A stretch of DNA of 57,487 nt, filler included, from Sphacelaria rigidula (taxonomy: Eukaryota), in NCBI GenBank assembly GCA_964200075.2. It is 7 parts of 7 records of this genome, joined end to end, with 100 filler letters (N's around TTAATTAATTAA, not from the genome) between each part and the next. Parts side by side here need not be neighbours in the genome. Positions count along the whole stretch, not along the records: positions 49,362 to 57,487 come from CAXNAA020012204.1; 6 more parts are not named here. One strand, 5' to 3'. Below are positions 49,262-57,487 of this stretch, in pieces (position 1 is the stretch's first letter; every line of letters starts with the position of its first letter). Below the pieces are notes generated by a model. The model did not search any database and was not told where the DNA came from. It worked only from the letters and a program-made list of their open reading frames with translations. The position numbers and the translations under genes are program-made.

Positions 49262-49361
49262 NNNNNNNNNNNNNNNNNNNNNNNNNNNNNNNNNNNNNNN
49301 NNNNNTTAATTAATTAANNNNNNNNNNNNNNNNNNNNNNNNNNNNNNNNNNNNNNNNNNNN
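49262..49361. other. Artificial contig-join spacer
   Basis: N44-TTAATTAATTAA-N44. Confidence 0.99.
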
Positions 49362-51338
49362 ATTAAGATTTGGATAGGTTTGTGAAAAGGTGTTTCCTTG
49401 ATGTTTTTTTTTTCCTTTCTGTCCCTTTTTTTTTTCAGGGCGTGTTTCAGTTTTTTTTTTCTCGGGTAAGTCTATCATGAGACCCCGGCTGGATCATGAC
49501 TCCTGGGGGGATCAGTTAATGTGGGACAATCAATCAATAAAAAAATCTTGATGGACACTAGTGGGAAATTGTCCCTCCTATGCGATGGTCCGCACCCTCC
49601 CCTCCCCTCCCCCCTTCATGAACCTTTGGAGATTTTGTAGGAGTAAGATTCTACGCCAGCTAGCGGTTGGAATCTTGCCTTTTTATTCAAATATCTTCTA
49701 CGTGTGCTGGGTCGCCCAACCAACAATCGCCCCAGGAGATTTTGCGTGAGTTTTTCAACTTTGCTTCAGAGGGTATCCACCATTGTTTTCGGCGCCGACC
49801 AGTGTCGTGGGATCCGGGATTTGAACCCGGGACCTTCTGTTGGTGAAGCGTACGAGATATATCATGATGTCGCCAATGTGAAAAGGTTATTCCTCGACGG
49901 ATACTAGCAGGAGTTTGTCCCTTCCATGTGCTGGTTCCCACAGTTGTTCAGAATCTTCCGATCTCCGGTCTGACCAATAGACTAATCAGCCGGTGTCCCC
50001 TGACCCCAAGGCGATACCGCCGCTTTATGCTTTTGAGAGTCATAGGGCTGAGCGTACTTCAGACCGTCACCATTACCCCTGTGCGAGTACACCCTTCTGC
50101 TTGCAATTGCTACTTGCCCTTTGGTGAATATGAGAGGGAACAGCAGACGAGGGTTAATCAAGCTAGCTCTTTCTTTTAGCGTCAAACTTCAAACCTCTCC
50201 CATTCCTCGGAACGAGTCTACGGTCTCAAGAGCTTCCTGTCTCATCAATGGGATCGGATACCTCCCCCGCGAGACGTTGAAATATAAAGGAGCATCGACT
50301 GTGTTGAAATATACTCTCTACTGCCTACCAGAAAACGCAATGCCTGTTGGAAGGGTGCCGTCTCCATTATACTGCTGTGGTTCGAACCCCAAATCCTCCC
50401 GAAACTATTGTCCATGTATCAGCTCGACCACCGCGTGCGAGGCGAAAAACGCTTCCCCGCACAAGTTTGTTTATCATACTCCTTACTTAATTATTTGTGC
50501 ATTTTGTTCGCGTGCTCATTTTGTTCCACTCTCCTTCTATTCGAGTCCTTCTGGCGAGCATTTTTCTGCCCGTTCAACCTCGCTGCATCCATCATGCCGC
50601 ACACGGTTGGATGTGTGTGGTGCGGATCAAGTAAAAGGCGAGTCAACGCCCAACCAAAATAGCAACCATTGTACGCTAGGATTGGATTGAAATCTTCAAA
50701 AAAAAAACGCCCCAACATAACGTTGATATCTATATATCTCGATAACAGGGGGGCGGCGATAAATAACGCCGTTTGATATTGCGGTTGTCATCACGAGTAA
50801 TGGAGAGCGGTGAACGAGGTGACAACCGTTCGCGCCCGACTCTGACTCGTGAGACATCTGAGTGGTCCTGCCCCAGGTCTGCACAGCACATCATTAGGGA
50901 CGCGCCCGACGTACAGAAGCGCATAAAGTGACACGTCTCACGCAAGGCAAACGACCATGTGCGTAGATACGTGCTACGGAATGACGATTCGACCCTTCCC
51001 ACACCAGGCCACTACACTCTTCATCATGAGTGACGCGTTCGACTTGCAGCAAGACAAAGCATGACACACATACCATGCGAGGCGAACAAACAGGGACACA
51101 CGCGGGTGCATAGGTGCAGGTCAAACATGTGAGTACCCCGTACAAACCAACTCGTATTCTCATGCCTATTCCCGACGATTTCCTTCCGACCGTGATGTTT
51201 TGTAGATATTCAGGTCATGAGTGCTACATAGCACGTGCGGACGCCCGTCACTTCAATTCAAGAGAACATGGACACCCCTGGGGCAAGGCTTCCAAAACGG
51301 GATTGCAGTCAAGGCACAACAAAAGCCTCGTCGGTCAC

Positions 51339-51547
51339 CTTCATGGATTCCGCGCATGCAGCCACAGCCAACTGGGCCAAATCTTCGAATACGCCCATGT
51401 CCACCGCGCGGTACACTTTACTCAACACGAGCAGCGTGGATCGCAGTGGGGGATACCAGGTAGAGTAAGCCGACCCAGGCAGGGGACGTTCAACAGCCGT
51501 CCCCGTTTCCCCAGCAACAGCATCGGCAGCGGGAGAGCCGGTTAAAC
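51339..51547 (-). CDS. COG3: Conserved oligomeric Golgi complex subunit 3 (Sec34), internal exon
   Basis: TWYPPLRSTLLVLSKVYRAVDMGVFEDLAQLAVAAC resembles the conserved COG3 block WYPxxxxTLxxLSKLYRxxxxxVFxxLAQEA. CAG acceptor (phase 1) and AAG|GTGA donor. Confidence 0.88.
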
Positions 51548-52705
51548 CTGAGGGGTCGTGTCCGTCAACGGGGTACGGGCGGGGGGCGGGGGCGATTACT
51601 ACGACGGTGTAGTGTGCCTCGGGGGCCAAGGACCTTCAACGAAATGAGTATGTACCGCTGTGACATGGGTAGCAAATAAATCTGCATTTGTGTAGCTATA
51701 TAAAACAAATCGCTCGCTTCTTCGTGTAACGACAAAAACAAAAAACAAAAAACAAAGAACAAAAAACAAAAAAGTCGCATTCGGAGATCCCGATTGTCGA
51801 CGATCCAAGTCAGCTGCATGCACATCACGGTCAGTTTGACTTGAAAATGACTGAAAATGACGCCCATTGACAAACACAAAAAAAATCGTCAAAGGGGTTC
51901 TGGAAGGTTCCAATATTGGAAGAGGGTCGATCGGGCGCAGAAGCGTTTGGATAATGCTTGATGCTTAGGTTCATGATAAATGCACAACAGGGGAGAGACG
52001 GCTTGATTCCGTGATACCACGAAGAGCCCCGGAGAGGCAAAAACACGAAGCGGCACTGTTGTTCTTCGGAATAGCAAGAATATTTCCGAACAAGGAGAGT
52101 ATGATATGCCATATAACTTGTCCGCGGCGTTCCACAAAAAGGTACATCACAGCTCAGCAACACAGAAACGAAGGAATCATGTGTGCGCATTCCGCTGATG
52201 TATCATACTCGATATTCGGTGTTTACCTCGAGGGACATGCGACAGCTAATCTTTCCCGCTCGGTCGCAGGTCCGAGTACAACAAAAAGGGCTGTGTGGAC
52301 TCTTGAAATGTGGACATGCCTCCGCGGCATTGCATGACGGCACAGAGGAACAAAACGTGATGGTTCAGCAATATCTATCAACCTCATGCTGTTGGTAAAA
52401 CCTGGTCAAAACACCCCCCGATCAACAGTATGCTGCTGGTTAAACATGGTAGATTTCAGCAGGAGTCCCATTCAGTGCGGTACCCTTTGAGGATGCAGTC
52501 AAAATTGATTTGTCACGAGTACGACTGGATATACGTGATAATTGATGATTGGTTGACTGTCCCTATTTTTCAGCTAGCAATCATTCTACCGCTATGCTAT
52601 CATTGTTTCGTTTGGCTTTGTTTGATTTCTTATTACCTTATTATAGGTAGCTAGCCTGTGACCACGGAAGGCATCGGCATCAGATGCCCAGTACGAATGT
52701 ACCGC

Positions 52706-52735
52706 GCAGATATCGGAACGGTTTTTAATGTGAAG

Positions 52736-52772
<37 letters not shown>
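52706..52772 (+). mobile_element. Retroposon 3' terminus with a (CAA)n tail
   Basis: Same 35-mer as 7111-7145, followed by about 12 CAA units. Confidence 0.75.
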
Positions 52773-52890
52773 CTGCTATGCTAGAATACATCCAGGCAAG
52801 AAAAAACAAGAGCACATCACGAACTGGCTGCTGCTCCCTCCCTTTTTCAAGTATACGAAATAGAAACTGTCGTACAGTAGGTGATACTTT

Positions 52891-53319
52891 CGAGGGCAGG
52901 TCGAGTAGAGTATACTCAATTGCGGGGTACCGTCAAATTGTGCGAGTCATCGCACACCCCCTGGACCAAATTTCAGAGCTCGATTACTCCATGACGAAAG
53001 AGGATGCCAATACCAAACGACGCGTTTTCGGACAGCTATCGACGAGATCTTTCCAGGGTCACCCTTTTCAGAACTGATGCTCTTCTTGTTGGGGGAGTAA
53101 TCGACCTTTCAAATTCGGTCCAGGGGGTGTGCGATGAGTCGCACAATTACGGTATTTTGAAAGTCGTACCTAAAGCACAAAAATTGGGGTAGGGCTTCAG
53201 GGATCGCTTTTCAGCTACTTTTTGGCTACGGCTGCACATACTCCACCGTAATTTGAGTACCTCAAGTACGTCTTTCATAATACCCCGCGAATGAGTATAC
53301 TCTACTTGACCTGCCCTTG
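52891..53319. mobile_element. Mariner-like MITE (outer) containing a nested MITE
   Basis: cgagggcaggtcgagtagagtatactca..gcggggta / taccccgc..tgagtatactctacttgacctgcccttg inverted repeats. Confidence 0.85.
52930..53152. mobile_element. Inner MITE with a TA duplication
   Basis: TA|ccgt..aattgtgcgagtcatcgcacaccccctggacc ... ggtccagggggtgtgcgatgagtcgcacaattacgg|TA. Confidence 0.88.
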
Positions 53320-54455
53320 GATGCTCTCATGTCTCACATCATAATTAGGCTCATCCCACAAATTTGGAGCACAAAATGACCGCAAACGGAAGTAGGGTCG
53401 ATCAGGGAAAATATCTACGTTACACTAACATTTTCGAGTCAAATTGGTCGGCAACTGATGGATACGAGTTGCCTCCCTTTTCTCTGAGGATGAAGATCCA
53501 TCCAATAAACGCGTGCGGGAAATGAGGGCACCGATGCGCGAAATCGGCTCACATTTTTCTCTCGAGAGTCGGAGTTCTCCTCACAAAATATACAGAATCT
53601 GTCATTTCTCATCAAGTACTGAGACGCCGACAGAAAACGCATTATCGCGTGAGTTGACGAGGGGGGGGGGGGCAACAGTCGAACACATGGAATGTACTTG
53701 AAAAACACCCGAGGGTAGAACATAATGTTCTGGCGACAAGTTACATAGGTGCTTGATATCCATTTATACACGATGTCTACCACGCTTTGGAAACACTCTT
53801 CCCAGCCTTTGGGCGGGAAAATGGCTGTCCTTGTTAGCTTTACAATTCTCTCGGTCAGAATGAAACGCATGGACAAGCATTTTCACATCCACGAAGCTAC
53901 AACTCCGACTCCAGTTGCGTCCATCCCTCAGATAGTTCAGCACGCTGCTGCAGCAGCTGAAAGCCGAGACCATGTCGATTCCAAACGTTTCTTCCTCGCG
54001 AACGGCAAAGCATGGTAAACGACTGGAACCACCAAATTATGCACCTTACTTCGAGCTTTCCAACGGACGTGATTTCGCCCAATGATGTTTTAAACGTTGG
54101 ATTGTAAAATCAAATCCACAAGCCGTTTTTTTCGACTTACCACGAGTGGGGCACGTATTCACGAAATTTTCGAGCGGTACCTACTCGACTGGCAGCAATC
54201 TACGGCTTTCCACCGAGACCGGCCACGCCTGCACTGCTTACATGAGCACTTTCAAGTATGTCTTCAAACGTATTATTTTTTTCTTTAAACGCGACGCGAT
54301 CCTGAAAACACACACAGGATTTGAAGTTATTGTTCTCTCGTGCACTCTCACGTGTACATACCTCCGCAGCTCATGTTTGGGCGAAAAAGCAAGCGTGCAA
54401 GAATATGGCAGAGAGATGGATTGTATGCCGAGGCAAGGCAAGAGCACGAGCATAC

Positions 54456-54549
54456 CTGATACAGCAGTGAATGTTCCATCCTTAGCTCTCTGGAGAATCC
54501 CCGGGTAGTCTAAGTGCTCGGCTTCCGGAGAAAAGCCTTCGATGTCGTC
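54456..54549 (-). CDS. COG3: COG3 internal exon upstream of 51339-51547
   Basis: DDIEGFSPEAEHLDYPGILQ resembles the COG3 'dI..y.P..edLdYP..L' block. The donor G|GTATGC is phase 1 and matches the next exon. Confidence 0.8.
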
Positions 54550-54571
54550 CTGCGTCATTATCATGTTATCA

Positions 54572-54574
54572 GTC

Positions 54575-54606
<32 letters not shown>

Positions 54607-54800
54607 CATGTTGCCGTTGCAATTACTAGTAGTAGTAGTAGGAGTAGGAGTAGGAGCAGGAGTAGGAGTAGGAGCAGGAGTAGGAGTAGGAGTAAGAGTA
54701 GGACTAGGAGGAGGGGGAGAAGGAGTAGAAGGAGTAGGTGAAGGAGTAAAAGGAGGAGTAGCAGTAGTTAGTGGTAGTAGCAGTAGCAATAGCAGTAGGT
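54572..54800 (+). repeat. (CAT)n, (AGT)n and (AGGAGT)n simple repeats
   Basis: Visible simple repeats inside the COG3 intron. Confidence 0.9.
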
Positions 54801-55261
54801 TCGTCATCAATGCCGTTGGGATAGTAATACTACATCTCCTCAACCAGTTTGACGAGTAAAACATTCGCACAAGAGGATCTTTTCTTCTCAAAAACTTCCG
54901 TGTCGTACTTATACAGTCAATGGAGAGTAAATTCCAAGCTCGAGGACGCAATGTACCTACCCTGCACTGATGCATCCTACGAAACAAAGCCCCATTTTAA
55001 TTTCCCACCTGTAGGTAGGCATATACGGTAGGACGCCGAGGGAATGTTTTAACTCATCGAACGCTTCAGGGCATCAATCGCTGTCAGTGTGAAATCCGGG
55101 TGCAGGCATCTTCGCAGGAGGATGGGGATCGGATTCGCACACGACAGCACTACGTCGGGAAAATTTTGAGTTTCTTTCCCGCCAGATGTGTCTAACGTAT
55201 TTATTTTTATTTTATTTCATCACAAGTACGTATCTGATTCCCGTCGGTTTGAAAACGTGCA

Positions 55262-55530
55262 AGGGTCGGACGAATTAATGATTCGTCCGGAAATTTACTT
55301 GATTTTAGTGTGCTTGATTCGTACGGTACGTACAAATCAATCCTTACGCTTTGTTTTCAGCGTTGCAACCCAGGTAAGTACGCGAAGCCCAGACACATGG
55401 AATGGCGCAAAACATGATGCGTGGAGATCTTTTTGACCAGCGGTCGACGTTTTTTTTTCTTTCTTTCTTCCGATCAATCAGGCCTGAGAAATCGTGGATT
55501 TATTGGGTGATTCGAATCGGCGACGTGATG
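55262..55530. repeat. Interspersed repeat, reverse copy of 42735-42985
   Basis: Colinear inverted similarity across ~250 bp. Confidence 0.8.
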
Positions 55531-56943
55531 AGCTGCAAAAAATGTTCGATTCTGTGTTCGAAAATAATCGAGATTTTGTGCAAAAGCGGATAGGAATTGT
55601 CCGGATCTGGATTGCGGTTGAGGTATCGTGAAGTCATTTCGGAATAGATGTGATGTGATCGAGTGCGTGAGTCAGTTCAGGGCCTCGGCCTCAGTGTGTA
55701 GGAAGCAGCCGAGATACAAGGGCAAGTGCAAGCACGATTAAGCGACAGTGGTGGGGTGTGGAGTAATTAGCCTGAGGTGTGCGAGTTACGGGATACGGGC
55801 GTCGCGAGTATCAGCGAGCTACAACATTCCGAACCGCTGCCGTAGCTCGTGCGTACCGAGTGTTCCTGGAGTTTTTGTTTGTGAAACCGTGATAACGTGA
55901 GGACGTGACGAGCTGCAAAAAGAGCTTACTTGCCCCAGTTTTGTCGACGAGGGCGTACGCAGTGCGGGATCGCTGATTCAATCCGCGATACCCAGAGTGT
56001 AAGGAGGCGTGCATCTATCGGACGAGGGATAGGTTGATATCTTATGATCACGGGCTCGTCCAGAGGAAGGCGGGGGATTGGAAAAGTGAGACAAAACAAA
56101 TAAACGGAGATCTAACACACGTGATTTGTCTTAGTTGGACGGAAAACACAATCGTTGGAGTGGACGAGAGCGGTGCATTCGACGAACGTTATCCCGAGTG
56201 CAAACAGGAGACGCCGAAAAAAACGAAGGCACATCACAATTTGCCAATTTTTCATTTTTACTTGGTCCGAAAACAAAATTAAACAAACGACTGAATGTAT
56301 GTTGTTTTATCTGGGTGCCTTTACCACACCAACGTAAAGCGCCCCCATAAGTCAAATGAATGACCGTGGAGAAGCTTTCGCATTCCTCGTATTGATAGCA
56401 CCAAGGAACTTCTCTCGTCAGACAAAACTTGGGTTTGCGGTAAAACCATGCCGTGGTGTCGCCAATGTGACAGCGGTATTGCTATCCTCTACAGACCCTC
56501 GTGCCGATTGGATTCGCGCTATATGTATGTTGGCGTCGTCAGTATGAAAAGAGAGATCAGACGCTCTGCCTGCGCTTACCGTAATCTTGCCCATTTGTTT
56601 TGTTACGGTAATATCGCCCTACCCACCTGTAGCCACAACCATCGGAGAATGAAAAAAAAGCAGGGTCAAGAGGCAGCACGGCATGCCTATAAGCTGTTGA
56701 CTACCTTACAATCGAAGTGAATCCAACGTAAGGTCGAAAATGTTCCCGACTAATACCACGATAGCCCCCCCTCCCCCCCCCTCCAAATTCAGCCCCGTAA
56801 CTGCAACCAATAAAATGGCTATACAGCACACGATTTCAGACTGCATGAAGCGTCTCAAATTGGCGACACGGCGGAACCGATCCCACGCGTGAAAGTTCCC
56901 AGCTGCTCGATGTACTCTGTTTTTGCCATTTCGGTTGACTTTT

Positions 56944-57325
56944 GCCGCGCCCCGGTGGTGTAATAATGGCCCGCCGACTGTCGCAATGAGGGTGTAGAGA
57001 ACGAGGGTTCGATTCCCGACGCGTTGGGTTTTGTCTTCGTAGTATATGATTTCCACCTAGGAAAGCGTGAGAACGTGAGCGAACAAAGTAGATGACTCAG
57101 TTTGTTTGACGTGAGTTGACGCGGTGCGGGAGTGCTGATGATAGTCATGATCCAATCCGCGAGACCAAAATCCCAGGCGTGTGCTGTACCGGGGAGAGGT
57201 GGGTTGATCCCCTAAGACCACGGACTAGTCCCGAGGAAGGGGAGAGGTTCAAAGTGCGACAAATGACATTAAAAAAAAAATGTTGAAAAAATAAAAAATA
57301 AAAATGAAAATAAAAAATTAAATAA
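56944..57325 (+). mobile_element. tRNA-derived SINE family 1 with an A-rich tail
   Basis: A box tggtgtaat, B box ggttcgattccc, and a body colinear with the other three copies. Confidence 0.9.
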
Positions 57326-57487
57326 ATTTGTGTAGCATGCGCAGATCGTGCCTCCTCAAATTAGCCACTTTTCTGGGGGGAAGGGGGGCTATCGCGTCAC
57401 CCGTCCCCCACTCGAACGTGTCTTATCTTGTACAAGTCTGTTATTATTCATCGTTTTATTACTATTATTTCCACACATTAGTCCGAT

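Noticed and set aside
49808-49850. tRNA T-arm-like gtcccgggttcaaatcccgg on the minus strand
   Set aside because: No D-arm/A box or acceptor stem is visible. It is probably a fragment of another SINE.
24992-54549. Functional clustering of PreP, COG3 and the Q/N gene
   Set aside because: They lie on different, artificially joined contigs.
54550-54987. Long ORF with PT-rich and poly-Met/Leu tracts
   Set aside because: It is the translation of intronic simple repeats. Only 54456-54549 resembles COG3.
57130-57175. Hammerhead ribozyme core (CTGATGA) in a SINE
   Set aside because: There is no downstream GAAA or supporting stems, and the motif is not conserved in the other three copies.

Overview
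This is eukaryotic, intron-rich and repeat-rich genomic DNA. A brown alga (Phaeophyceae) or related photosynthetic stramenopile is my inference from the multi-kb introns, the repeat families and a bipartite-looking targeting peptide. The window is not one locus: seven unrelated contigs of 8126-8128 bp are joined by artificial 100-bp spacers (N44-TTAATTAATTAA-N44). Supported host genes are the first two exons of a presequence protease (PreP/M16C, minus), two in-frame exons of COG3 (minus) and two in-frame terminal exons of a Q/N-rich protein (minus). There are also a few weaker orphan exons. The rest is mostly decayed LINEs, two tRNA-derived SINE families, LTR remnants, MITEs and foldback elements, satellites and microsatellites. 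The most striking pattern is a pair of related non-LTR retroposon families. They have no poly(A) tail, end at ...ATGAGTAC, and repeatedly sit in C-tracts, four times with a visible target-site duplication that begins in the C-tract; their last ~70 nt can fold into a conserved structure. Also notable are a possible two-ATG plastid/mitochondrion targeting arrangement in PreP, a probable LTR-mediated inversion, long foldback hairpins and a palindrome-cored satellite.
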